Of a stretch of DNA of 34,095 nt, positions 1 to 24,200 are shown one piece after another. A program made the translations under genes and the position numbers. Where the stretch lies: assembly GCA_000708835.1 (NCBI GenBank), contig DF237737.1:1-34095 (forward strand). Direction: 5' to 3'. The stretch comes from Klebsormidium nitens. Taxonomy: Eukaryota; Plantae; Klebsormidiophyceae. The notes under the pieces are model-generated. The model was not told where the DNA came from and searched no databases. It was given only the letters and a program-made list of their open reading frames with translations. Each line of letters opens with the position of its first letter. The first letter of the stretch is position 1.

Positions 1-100
1 TGGCAAGAGCGTCTGAATGTTTGCTCGGTTCTGGATCTCGCACGTTTATTCTCATTTCTACGTGTCCCTCTATCCCTCTAGTAAGCCTGGATCGAAAGCT

Positions 101-544
101 TCATACTACTATGTACGCAAACGAAAGTTCCTCGGGTGGCGACGGAATAACCAGCTCCATCTCGCTCCTTGTCCTCTCCTTAGGAACCACGACTTTGCCG
201 TCTGCTTCGAGATACTCTATGTACCAAAGGAGACTCTTTTTTACGTATTTCAGAATCTCCTGTTTGGTGCGTCCGACAACCAAGTATCCAGGAACGTCGG
301 GCATAAGAGCGCAGATTGAGCCCGTCTCTTGGTCGCCTTCAATGACTATCAGGAACTTGCGCTTGTCTCGAGGTGGTTTTTCCGGTGAGAGAGAGCTGGT
401 GTCAGACGCTTCGGAAACGGGGGTCGATTGTGGGCGAGGCGGGGCGATGGCTGATCGTTCCAACTGGAAGACCGAAAAAAAACTTTCCAAGCTTAGGTTT
501 CGACGTTGCAGACTGCTGGAAGAGCACTGACATGTCCGAGTCAT
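101..544 (-). CDS. HicB-like (UPF0150 / HicB antitoxin N-terminal fold) protein, 147 aa, with Ser/Arg/Pro-rich N-terminal extension
   Basis: Intronless ORF. The segment KFLIVIEGDQETGSICALMPDVPGYLVVGRTKQEILKYVKKSLLWYIEYLEADGKVVVP follows the HicB pattern (hydrophobic strand, acidic loop, 'PDxPG...GxTxxE', helix, 'LxxDG..P'). Recognised by eye, no HMM run. Confidence 0.7.
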   Translation of the reverse strand: MTRTCQCSSSSLQRRNLSLESFFSVFQLERSAIAPPRPQSTPVSEASDTSSLSPEKPPRDKRKFLIVIEGDQETGSICALMPDVPGYLVVGRTKQEILKYVKKSLLWYIEYLEADGKVVVPKERTRSEMELVIPSPPEELSFAYIVV

Positions 545-1270
545 CGTCGAGCCGCTAAATTCTGACGCGTCTGGCTTTCAGGATCTATGTTGTGTATCTC
601 ACTTCCTCATCTCGTCCTTCGACCTTGCAACCACTTATATTGGCCTATAAAGACACGTGATTGATGAAGGAACTCGTGCCACGATTCTCCGGAGAATCTA
701 GAAACAAACCGTTGTAAGTCGAACGCATCAATAGATGACAAACAAAACCAGGAGCAGATGTCAGTTTCACATCATGATAGATCCATCCGGGCATCTGCGT
801 CCTGGGTGGAAAGACGGAGTGTTACCTCTATTGTCAGAAGCACCATGGCTGCTCCCTCGTCCTTAATTGGTGAACGTGTCAGATGCGGGCTTATTTGCCT
901 TCTTGAGTTTGGGTCTGCACAAAGTGAACACTCTCCGTCAGGTGTGATTGTACCCCAACCGGACGGAAGAGATTGTGCGGCCCTGCCTGAGCCCCGAAAT
1001 GTGGACGGTGGCGCCGAGGGTGGACGACTGGAGAGTGGTTAGCAACGTGTCAGACCTCCCGGCCAAACCCCTGGCCCACATCTATTCCAGAACAAAAAGC
1101 TGATTTCCTCATCCTTTGATCCACCCCCCTCCTTGGAGAACGTCCTGCTATTTGCAATCAACCGAAGCTGCATTCCATGGGTCCTCCATTTTCGTACTGA
1201 CCCGGAGTTGTAAAGCAGTGAAAATTAGGCTGCAACCCTTGTTCCTGAAGAGAGTTTCTGTGATACGTGC

Positions 1271-1868
1271 NNNNNNNNNNNNNNNNNNNNNNNNNNNNNN
1301 NNNNNNNNNNNNNNNNNNNNNNNNNNNNNNNNNNNNNNNNNNNNNNNNNNNNNNNNNNNNNNNNNNNNNNNNNNNNNNNNNNNNNNNNNNNNNNNNNNNN
1401 NNNNNNNNNNNNNNNNNNNNNNNNNNNNNNNNNNNNNNNNNNNNNNNNNNNNNNNNNNNNNNNNNNNNNNNNNNNNNNNNNNNNNNNNNNNNNNNNNNNN
1501 NNNNNNNNNNNNNNNNNNNNNNNNNNNNNNNNNNNNNNNNNNNNNNNNNNNNNNNNNNNNNNNNNNNNNNNNNNNNNNNNNNNNNNNNNNNNNNNNNNNN
1601 NNNNNNNNNNNNNNNNNNNNNNNNNNNNNNNNNNNNNNNNNNNNNNNNNNNNNNNNNNNNNNNNNNNNNNNNNNNNNNNNNNNNNNNNNNNNNNNNNNNN
1701 NNNNNNNNNNNNNNNNNNNNNNNNNNNNNNNNNNNNNNNNNNNNNNNNNNNNNNNNNNNNNNNNNNNNNNNNNNNNNNNNNNNNNNNNNNNNNNNNNNNN
1801 NNNNNNNNNNNNNNNNNNNNNNNNNNNNNNNNNNNNNNNNNNNNNNNNNNNNNNNNNNNNNNNNNNNN
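1271..1868. other. Assembly gap (N run)
   Basis: Run of N; the X-filled ORFs spanning it are artefacts. Confidence 0.99.
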
Positions 1869-2917
1869 TGCGAACGCCCTGCAGTCCTTCCAGTCCAAGG
1901 CAGAACCAGTGGGCCTTCACCTTTAGAATTTCAAGATTAATTTCTTTCCTTCCGCTCCCGAATGCTCTGCAACCAGCTGCTTATTTGTGTGACCCAGCAA
2001 CCACTTGCAATTGAAATCAAATCAGCCAGCGCTTTATCTAATATCGAAGCCTATGCACCTATGATGGCTAACGTGATTACGTGCCTGCTAAGTTCGTTGT
2101 TGGATATAAGGTAGCTTGAATGTACTAGCATGTAACAGCTCAGTTTTCAACGGAGCAGGTTATAAAGGTTCCATTTCTCGACCATGAGTAGCTGCATCAA
2201 CAGACCAGCCGTAGGGTCCAAGAAAAGCACTCACCTTGCCAGCCTGGGCCAAATGCATTTAGTAGCTCAAGGTTGTGCACTCAGATAGCTACATGGATAT
2301 CATCTGATAGGGCTATGTTCCGTCAGCATCCACACTAACACAAAGTAAGATTCTCTAACAGTTGGAAGGATCAGCCTTTCTCCAACTTGTCAGTAGAGCT
2401 CTCTTGCAAATCGAATCTGCACTCTTACACGGGAGCCAAGTAAATCCGGGTATACATACAATGATACAGAAAGCAGCGGAAAGAGCCCAAAAGCATCCCT
2501 TTGATTGTGATAGTTTCCGAGCTGCCCTAATCCTAATCCCGACTTGTTAAGAGGAGGTCTGATTCGAGGTCGCCGCGTCGATGGCAGAACCGCCGGCCGG
2601 GCCTGGGCGGATCTCACTTGCATTAGCCAAAATCGCCCCCCCTGCGCCCTAAAGCCTCACCAGCTCTCGTCAGCTTCTTACGTGCGTAACAGGACGGTCA
2701 CGTACGGTGCAAGCGCTAGTCTGCCATGCAACGTTGGAATCGAGCAGCGCCGATCATCTATGCGGGCCCGAGGGTGCGACGCGGCCGGCTTACGCGTACG
2801 CGTCCAGGTTCGGGGGTTTGCGAAAGGTTATGCGAGGCTCTTCCAACCGTCCGATGACTCTTGATTGCAGCGGTAATACCTGCATCTCGGCCGTTGATTC
2901 TCCCGGGAGAGGCTACT

Positions 2918-2925
2918 TTTCCCGC
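2918..2925 (+). promoter_or_regulatory. E2F-binding site (TTTCCCGC) upstream of MCM3
   Basis: Exact match to the canonical E2F element about 360 bp upstream of the MCM3 ATG; MCM genes are established E2F targets. Function not shown here. Confidence 0.55.
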
Positions 2926-3286
2926 CAGTTTCTTTGAGTGATGTGGCAGTCATCCTTGAGAATGCCCGAGCTGCTATCTCCACCGACTGGCAGCATCTCA
3001 TTTCTCCCTTGCGCCTAGTGGTGAGGATTCAGCATCCATTGATCAGATCGCTTGCGGGCGTCGGCGCTGCAGCAAGGGCCAGGAGGGACCGAAGATAAAA
3101 TCTTACTGTTCCAGAAAGCAAGGCCGCTGCGCATTTGAGGACAATCTCCGTGGCCAGAGAACGGAAGGTCGGATTGGAGGACAGGATATTGAAGGGGCGG
3201 TGCATTTGTACGAGCTGTTTGTCAGTCAGCACTTTCTTGCCACTTAAGCCAACATAAGCGGAGTAGGAAAGTGAGAAGTGAGAAAA

Positions 3287-14949
<11,663 letters not shown>

Positions 14950-17900
14950 ATCGATACGTCGCTGTCCTGAATCCAACGTTGCGCGTGCGTAGCCACGAGT
15001 TGCGGAGCAACTCGTCAATTCTACCGATCAAGCAGGCACCGCGTGTCGAGATTGCATTCTGCTGATGTTCTTCGCAAGCAGACTGCCATGAAGAGATATC
15101 CTAAGAGAGAGTTCTCATTGGGACTTTGTAAGCAGTCGTTCTGTTACGTCGACGCTGTTAAAATAAACTCCTACGTACACTGTCGAGAAGCGTTGTTGTG
15201 AGCCCGCTGATTCCTCAGTATATTCTGTCCAGAGTTTGTTTGCAGAGCGCCTCGTGACTCCTGCTAACCCTGGGCTTTGCAATTTTCAACAGGGCCTTCA
15301 AGAGAAGAACGTGGGTATGGTTACCCACGAAGTCTTCTTCAAGTTGTAGAAAGCACCGGCCGATGTGCCACACCATAGCGCAAACGTTGTAGAAGTGTTG
15401 TTGTTGTTGACGACCCTTTTCGGCCTGGAGGCGGCCTGTACTCGTCAGGATCTTAAGCCACACGTAAGCAGCAAAGAGTAACCAACGTTCGTTTAAAATC
15501 CTAGAACGCTCAAAGCATACACTGAAGTTGCTTCAATGCTAACGTGGCATGCTACTAAACCGCGACATGCTGGTCAGTTTAGCTGTAACAACCACGGGCC
15601 AGGCGCAACATGTAGCCTATCCTTGCCTTGGTCGGATCGTGAACGTGTCCACCGCACCGGGCATCTTTCGTTATAGTTCAGTGCCTGAACAGAATGTGCC
15701 TCTATTACGGCGCAACCCAAGTTGAACGTTGTGCATTGCTTTCAACGTCCGAAATGCGTATGGTCAAATTGACTTCGTAACTGCGACTTGCGACAAGGTC
15801 ATTTTAGTCACCTCATGGCAAAAGCTGGCTCAAATTCGTGTTGTCCTTGCTGCACCGATTCTCTGCTTGCATGCTGATAATTGGTGCAAACGATGGATCG
15901 TACATGATGCTAGCTCACGTCGAAACGAGCTTGCCGCCCCGGCTAGCTTGGGTGTTTAGTACACGCATTTCCTTCAAGTAGGGAACCTGAATTGCAGTAT
16001 ACTTAATTTGGTCCACTATAGCTCATTCTATACCGTTTAATTCTGTCTGATCCCATGTATGTTCGCCTGGCACGGGCATTGCAACATGCATCCGCCACGC
16101 GACTCGATTTGACTCGTCCAACGATACTCTAAATTATGATTTTATAAGACCTCACTGCCAGCGTACTGAGTATCGATCCTTCATAGACTCCCGGCCTATA
16201 TTGAAATATATAGGTGTCTCATGCATGCATACAATGATATTACTTGGAACATCAAAGTGAGTGTAGGCATGAGTCGTCACTCGTATGCTCAGGCTTGCGA
16301 CAGGCATGCGACCACGTTAATGGTACCCAGATTGAAACGTGGCAAGCTGCATCTCCAGGCAAGCTCCAGGCTTAGCACACATTGTCCACGAGCATGCTAG
16401 TGGGATAGGTATCTTGTCAAAAGTAGCTTTTGTTCAATTGCTCATGGCCGCCAACAAACTTGTAAGGTAGGACACACTTTGGTCGCATGTGCGGCATGGG
16501 CTCGATGCGACTCCTCGAGACATCTCTAGGTTCACGATAGTAGTTGTGTCTAGTAAATTCTTCACTGGCAACAATCTTATAGGAAGACCAAAACTGGACA
16601 TTAGCAAAAATAGTAGCCAGATTACTCGTGCACCATAGAAAGCTGGGACGTAGGAAGCCAGGAATTGAAAGTGGTGCACGAGGAACAAAAGGAACGAGAA
16701 GCAAAACATACAAACCGCAAAAGGATTCGGAGTAAAAGGCTCATGGGCCTGGTTTCATCTGACACGAGATCAGTTGAACAGGGTGCAGGAACACCCTTTC
16801 AGGGCCAGGTGAAGTCATCGCCAAGATTTGAACCGAGGCGCTTCGCACGGTTGCAGTGTGTGCTACCAATGTGCTGTCGCGCCCGATTGGTGTGGTGTTG
16901 ACAATGTAAATATATATTTCCTTGATGCGAGCGAGATATTTTATTTTGCCACATCCAACGGCGCAGGATCCATGTTAGGTATCACTCATCGAAGGCCAAA
17001 ACGTCGGCTTTTATATAAGCGCTCAAAATCTCAGATGCTGGTCACCCGTTCACCAAGCTCTCCTGCCGCTTTTATGCATCTTGGGCGGCTTGAAAATAGT
17101 GGTTTCTTGGCGAAATAGCTAGCCGTCCGGAAGGATATCCAGGAAACTCATCGCATACTGCAAGATTTGAAAGGAAGGAATATCCCATCCACGTCTGACC
17201 ATCTGGTGACCGCATTCACATCAACAGGATCTGGCCTCGTAGAGCAGATTCAGTCCGACACACAAGCTTCGAACAGACGTTACATGTTCTGTGTTCGGCT
17301 AGCGCGTCGATCGTATCCAGTCGACAGCCAGGCTTTTGCAAACAGTGGGACATGCTTTCCCGCTTCACAAGCTGGAGAAGCAATTTTAGGGTTCGGGCGT
17401 GCACTTCATCAGGAGGAAGAAGCAACTCGCGAGTGGTCGCATCTTTGTTTTCCCAGCTCATGCAGCTCCTTTTGTTCTCTGCATGCTGGGACCCTTTGCA
17501 GGAGGAGGAAGCCCGCCCTCCCAATTTGCTGCAAACAGCTGCAAGGTGGGTTTTATGCACCCTGCGCGATGCGGTGGCAGATCTGACGCTTTGCGGTTTC
17601 ACACTTTCAACTTTTAGAGAATCTTGTGTTTTTACAGCAGCTCCCTCAGAGCTCCAAAGCTGTTAAGGAATGCTTGTGATGGGAAAGATGGCATTGTTAT
17701 TCTCTTTACAGAAGAAGTGTGTCTTTAGGGTTGACTTCTAATTCAATGTTGTCGGGGTTGTAACTTGCACGCTGGTTTCAGGATCTTCATCGTTGCCATG
17801 TCTGATTTGTATTCCTTTGTCCCGGCAGGTTGGCTTTGGCACTTTGGGGGAAGCAAGTTTAAGAAGTTGGACAAGGGCCAGTCAGACTCCTCGCTGAAGT

Positions 17901-18247
17901 TGGTAGTGCTGGCAAGGAAGATTGGTTTGTCACAGCTTGAGACTCTCTTCGGGTCATCAATTGTCGCTGTAGAGCCTCTCTTTTTGCTGGGACTGTCGCA
18001 AGCATACATAGCTCTTCGTGAGGAGCTCTATTGTCTTCACTTCTGTGAAACAATAGCATTTGGCAGTGTCGTTCTTGGAGGGGTTTTAGGGTTGCTCAAA
18101 TTCAAGTGAAAGCACCTTAGTGCTGTTTTGGGACAGGATTTAAGCGCAGGGGAGCAGTTTGGAAGAAGTGAGCGGAACATTGAGTTCTCATCATGAGAGT
18201 GGCGTGGCGCTAGGGTTTAGGAGTAACTGAAACTGCAAAGAGGCCCT

Positions 18248-21200
18248 ATGGGGCTGGAAGTGCATTCAGAGCCAAGCTTTAGAGCTGAGGCAAGGACAGG
18301 TAATGGAACCCTAGAGTCGCGGTGTAGGGAATGCAGCATCACCACAAGTGCTGAGCAGCATGCAGAGGGAGGCGACAGTCTTTGCTTCACGTGCGGCCTC
18401 TTTGCCTTGACTGAGAGAGGTGAGGGCTGCTTCGAGGAGCATGTAGGCTCAGAACCCCTAAAAACATTAAACACACTGGAGAATAAGGCTGGGGGGGTTA
18501 GTGGAAGCGAAGGGGTTTCCGATGAGAGAGCAGGGGGCGAGAATGTTGTCTCTGGCCCTGGGGAGGCGAATGCTGGGGTCAGTGGAGCCGGAGCAGGGGG
18601 GGACTTTACAGCACAGAGGCATGCGGTGGCAACCCCTAATTTCAACTCAAGCGAGAGGGCAGGAGGAGCTGAGTTTGAAAAGCTAGGGTTACAAGCGGGG
18701 GGGGCTCCAGATGCGAAATTAGGGGTTGAGGCAGGGGTTGAAAGTCACTCAGCGGGCGGCATTCGTGGAAAGGCGGGGGTTTTGCTCACTGTGAGTGGGG
18801 TTGATCCTACTGAGAGGCCAGCCAGCCAAAACCCTAGTGCTGAGATTCCTGCCACAGACAGGGAGGATGTCGCTCCAAGTCCAAAGGCCCAATCTTTCCC
18901 CTCTCCTGCTCCTCAGAGTCATGGGGCGCTGTGTGTGCACTGCAAGGGGAAGCCCGTGTTCAACAAGAAGGAGAGCCTGTGCAAGTCGTGCGCGCATGCC
19001 AAGTGGCGGTATGGCTGGGAGGAGTTTCCCCAGGGGTGGAAGCCTGGGGACCGGTTGAAGGGAATTGAGAAGAAAATGCGAGGTGGGGCAGTTGAGAATG
19101 AGAACAGGCGGCCGACCTCACCAGGCAAGCGAGGCAGCCTGTCAAGGCTGGAGCAGGAGAGAGAGCGTGTGCTTGCTGAGGGCTGGAAAAGCGTCGCCAA
19201 GCGGGAGAGGACCACTGTCAGGAGTTTGAGAGCCGGGGCAAACCCTAGCTGGACCAGGTATGGCGAGGAGCATTTTCCCTGGGATAAGCCGTCTCTTGGT
19301 GGGGGTAAGGGGGTTCTGGCGGCACTGCTGGCTGCCGAGGGAAGCGCGCATCTGCTCGACAGGAAGCTCGCAGATTCGCTGTCCCGGAAAGATCTGAGCC
19401 CCAAAGTGCCCCCTGAAGCGATGAACTCTGAGAAGCACTCAGGGATTGACATCTTGCGGGAGGCTGCGAATCAGGAGAGGGCGCGGGAGCAGGGCGCGCC
19501 GGGGGGGAGGACGGCGATATTCTCAAAGGGGCTGCCCAGGCTGGAGACTGAGAACACGGAGGAGGAGGAAGTGCTGGAGACGATGAGGATCATGAGCCCC
19601 GCTACGTTGCAGCAGACTGTGTATCCCAATGAACCGGCGAGTCTGGTGGTAAGTTTCTACGAATTGTGAATAGTGGTTGCTCTCTTTTCTGGTCTGGTGG
19701 GAAGCCAATTTAGGGTTCATATAGTGAACTAGGGTTTGGCAGACGGGATACTGGTAGTCCTGGCAGTGATGGTGGGGGGCTGATCTGTTGTTGGTTGCTG
19801 CGGCCTTCCTGATGTCTGTTCTACAGGAATGGCTTGCATGCTGCATAAAGATAGGGTTTGGGGTATCTGCATTACAGCATTGCGGTTTCTTCAAAAGCTA
19901 GGGGATGCTAGTAGATTTTGTCCATTAAGAAGGAGTTCCACTAAGAAGGAGTTCGGTGTGTGCCATGCATTAGCTTCAAAGAACTGGGTTTTCCAGCAAC
20001 CATAACCGTCAGGAGTAAAAGAAGACTGACGATTTGACAGCAATAAATATGAGGCCTCCTCTTGGATTCTCATACTGTAGTGTTCTGGGCTTCAGCAAGA
20101 CTTGCTGAGGGGGTTCAGTCGTAATTGTCTGTGAGCTCTTTGAGTTGCCCCATTTTGCTGGTTAGGGTGTAGAGCTCGCCCTTTCTTTTTTCTTCATGTG
20201 ATATAAAGAACGTAAGGTCTGCTTTGCAACAAGGCAAAGCAATGCCTATAATGTTCCAGTGACTCGTTGCCCAAGTTTCTTATGTATCAAAGGCTGTTTA
20301 GAAAGGCTTGCTTCTTATGCAGATAACGACCGAGGTTTTACGGTTTTGGAACCTTGGTTTGTGCGGGTCTGCAGTTGCTGAGTCGAGAGACTTATCTTAG
20401 AGTCAGGCTTTTTGAATACTTGGTTCATTAGACAGGGCTGCATTGAGCCTACTTTTGTAGTACGTTCATTGCCTATCCCGAGGTTTCTGTATGTGTACTT
20501 TTGACTTGCTTGAGAAACAAACTCAGGTTCAATCAGGTTAATAGGTTGTCAACTTGAGCACTTTCTGCATTCCATCAACACGAGTTCACCACTTGCACTT
20601 CTGCTGTTTGAAACGCAAGTCTAAAGGTTCATGTCCTTCGGTTTGCACCCCTTCTTTGTGTATTACTTGGATTGAAGAGCTTGGGAAAGGAACTCATTTG
20701 GTGCATAATTCCCTTTACGCTGCAGACCATTGAACTTGATACTCGAAAGGGTTTCATTCTGAAACTGCGAATCTGCCCAGGCTTCAACGATCTCTGATTC
20801 AATACAAAGGTTGACTGGCTTTGGTTCACTCTTCGTAGCAGGAAGTACTTTTGCCAACAAAAGGACGTTGAGTCCAAGCCTGATTGATTCCATGTTATAA
20901 AACTGCCTTCGTTCATTCACAGCTTTCGAAAGAGGAAACAAAGCTTTTGCAAATCTGAATAAGCGGAGCTTTCGTCGCTGGAAAGGTGAAACACGACGTC
21001 AATTGCCATCTATCCAGGATGAACGTCTTTCCGGAACTCGTTTGAATGATTCCTCAGTGAACTTGGTCCCTGTAAGCTCTTCCCTTGGACATATTGTCAA
21101 TCTCTAATCCTGACTGCTCAAGGAACGATTCGTTTCGTGAATCTCCCTTGAATAACCCTTTAACTTGTGTAGGTTTTTAGCTTCCTGAAAACTAGTGTGC

Positions 21201-24200
21201 CAGAGTTTCGCATGGTCCCACCGCTATAGAATCAAGAGACGAATCTCTTCTGCTCTTCCCTGCATGCATGCATCTTTCGTGACGCCCCAATGGATGAAGT
21301 TTCATCATTGAGCTTCTTCACAACATTCCTTTACAGCTCTTTGTCTCCCTTTGCAGACAATCCCCGATTTTCTTCTTATAATTATGACAGTTAAGTCCAA
21401 TAGACACATGACACAAGAGCAGTATTGCATCAATTGTTTAAGCATCGTCGGTTACCCCCTTGCAGAAAGTCGCTGTCGCTGCGCAAGTCCTCTTAGAAAT
21501 CGCCACCTCGCCCCGGGACCCCCCTGGCGACACCAAACCGCACGACGAGACGCAGTCCTCCGAGCAATGGAAGAGGCCGCCCCCCTCTCGCTTCGTGGCC
21601 TCGGCCGCGCCGTTCCCCGAGGCCGCTGCGAGCAGCCTCGGCCCCGAAAACGACGACCTGCGATCACGGGTGGGGGAGAACCAGCCCTCGTACCCCCCCT
21701 CCAAGTGGGGCGACCACGAGCTGGACGACCTGCCCCTGAGGTCGCCGGACCTGGACGTACACGACGAGATGCAATTGGGGGGGGAGGCCGTTAGTCTGGA
21801 AGACCTGGGGGTTCTGAAGGGGGGCAAGCGGCGATCAGTGACGCTACCAATCCAAACGGGCAACTTCCCCCCCCGGATCGTGACGGATGGTTGGACCCCC
21901 CGGTTGGACGCAGACCCCCCGACGCTGGGCACTGCAACGGACGGCTGGACGCCCCACCAAGATCTGGAAGGATTCACGCCCCGAGGGGAGGGGTTGAACG
22001 GGCTCACGCCTAGGGGCGGGGAGGGGGGCGAGTTGAACAACACCCCCCGGAGCAAAACGCCGAGCTTCCACGACATTGCGGCGAACGTGTTCAAAGCGGG
22101 GCGAGCGGCGGCGATTGCTGGCCGTCGAGGGGGATTCCAGCGACCCCCAAGTGCCGATATGAAGGCGAAGTCGCCCCTAGGGGAGGATGTCTTTCCAGGG
22201 GTGTCGCCTCGAAGGACGAACGCACACCCACAACCGTCGGTCACGGCAGAGGAGTCCACCCCCCCGGAAGAGGACGACGAGGACAGCAACGAGATGTCGC
22301 CGTCAGCAAACCGTCGGAAACGGAAGCTGAAGGCGCGCCAGGCGCAGGACACTCGTCCCGGAGACACGGCATCGGGCGAGGAAGGGAAAGCCGACAGCGG
22401 GGGCTCCGAGCAGGACGCCCCGATCGTGAGTCCGGGGATCCATAAACGCGGGCGCACCCGGGCGGTTCTCGGGCGGAACACGAGCGGAACGGCGGAAGAG
22501 GGGTCGCGGGACCCTGGGCAAGCGGCTGCGGAAGCGCGGCCCGGGGGAGCCCCCGGAAAAGGGCCGATTGAGCCGCCGAAGAAGCGGAAGGGCTCGTGGG
22601 GAGGCGCACGGCGGCGCGGGGAGAAAGTGGTGCTGCCGGACTCTGAGGAAGAAGAGGCGATCCTGCCGAGGATCGAGTCGGCGTCCGAGGCGAGCCGCGG
22701 CAAGCGGCCCCGGCCGTCGGTGTCGGAGGAGGCGCGGAAGAGCTCCGGGGGGAGCGGGTTGTTGGATTTGGTGAAGGGGCGGTGGGACGATGCGCAGCGG
22801 CTGAGGGACCGCGCCACCGCGAAGCGCGCGGAGGCGGAGCGGCTGAAGCGCGTTGCGGAGACGAAGCAGCGGCTCGCGCAGCGGCTGATTGAAAAGTAAG
22901 TGGCGTTTGATGGAAGTGCTGATATTCTGAGGTCATCCCTGGCATGCCCTTGGCTACGACAAAGGCGTTCGGGCCCAGGATTCCGCAATCTTGAGGTTTC
23001 TCTGTCGCTGTTAAACTGACATGCTGCATCGAAACTCAGCCTAGATCCTGCCGTGTTCGAGTTATCATCCATCAGGAGGTTGATTGGCAAAGCGCGCTTC
23101 TGAGCAAACGCGTTGGCAAAGTGGATCGTTGCATGTTTGCTGAAGGACGGCTGCATCTGAGAGTTTTATCGATGACGATGTCCGCAAACGTCATCCTTCT
23201 CCGTATGGTCTTGAGTAAATCTCGAACGCTTAGTCCAGCCAGCATCTTGTTTTCGAAGGCTGGTCAGCTCTAGATTTCGGTTGAGCTTTAGCCAGTCTGT
23301 AGAGAGCACTTCTCTGAAATGAGTGCGTGTGAATTAGGGAAGGCGTATTGTGAGCCGTCAATTTGTAGTTTATACTTTTATCAAGTTAAGGTATACTTTA
23401 GTCGTGTTCATGAAAAGGTTGTTTTTGTTTCAATTGCTGACGATACGTACTCTTGCCTACAGAGCGACGGAGCTGGGCAACTGGCCGCCCGGTAGAAAGG
23501 CCAAGGCGGACGAGCGGGCGCGGCGGCAGCAGGCGGCCAAGAAGCGGAACGCCGACGAGACGGAAACGGAAGCGGAGGTCGAGGACGCGCCTAGCGACGA
23601 GGGTTCGGACGACGATGAGGACTTCTCGCTGGACGGGGACCCGTCCGGAAAGACGCCGGACGAGGACTGGGGCGACGAGGAAGGAGACGGGTCCGAAAAG
23701 GGGCAGGAGGGGGAGTCGGAGAGAGTGAGTCTTGAAGTTTGCTGTGCAAAATAAGTTGTGCAAAGTAAATTGGAGGAAGGTGAGGAAGTTGTGGAGTTTG
23801 CTATTGGTGTCTGTTATGGACTGCAGTGCAACCTTCACGAGAAGGGCCCGGAAGGAGATCCAGAGGGAGTAGCGAGCTTTGGTGTTTGCTGCCGGTGCTG
23901 TGCAAGTTTGATGCAGCGCAGCTCTGTGGACGCGCCTCTGGGAGAGGCTTTTTGCGTTCTCTGGACGCTCGAGGCGGCCGTCAACGTGAGAATGGACATA
24001 AACGATCCGCCAAGCTGCAAAATTCAATCCTGTCGGGACATGTCCAACTTCCGTCCTGGAACAGAGGCGGGCTAAGATCTTGTTTCCGGAGACTCGCGTA
24101 CTTGTCTTGTCGAACCGGTTCCAAGCTTTTGTCAGAGAAACTTCTTTATCTTTTCCAGCTCAAGAGTCCGCGTTCAACAAAAGCACTTGCTTTTCTCTTG

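Noticed and set aside
758-1110. Short plus-strand ORFs upstream of the HicB-like gene as a possible HicA toxin
   Set aside because: No GSH or other HicA dsRBD-like motif; not recognisable.
1116-1940. Long ORFs spanning the first gap (likewise 8475-9527)
   Set aside because: Composed almost entirely of X from N runs; artefacts.
15215-16713. Protein-like minus-strand ORFs (15215-15463, 16417-16713) as exons of a gene between MCM3 and the WRC gene
   Set aside because: Could not link them into a phase-consistent model or recognise a domain; left unannotated pending RNA-seq.
17356-17363. Second TTTCCCGC E2F-like site upstream of the WRC gene
   Set aside because: About 890 bp from an uncertain start; a single 8-mer with no supporting context.
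20629-21350. Stop-interrupted minus-strand frame in intron 1 of the WRC gene as a pseudogene or TE relic
   Set aside because: No recognisable motif; several stops.
21438-23156. 572-aa minus-strand ORF (also 24998-25823, 31444-32358, 32216-32992 and similar)
   Set aside because: Antisense or alternate-frame shadows of GC-rich real exons or pol; no independent motifs.
23839-23870. Possible ghost of the WRC-gene exon 3 end (23/32 identity to 23695-23726)
   Set aside because: Both are purine-rich low-complexity sequence; similarity could be chance.
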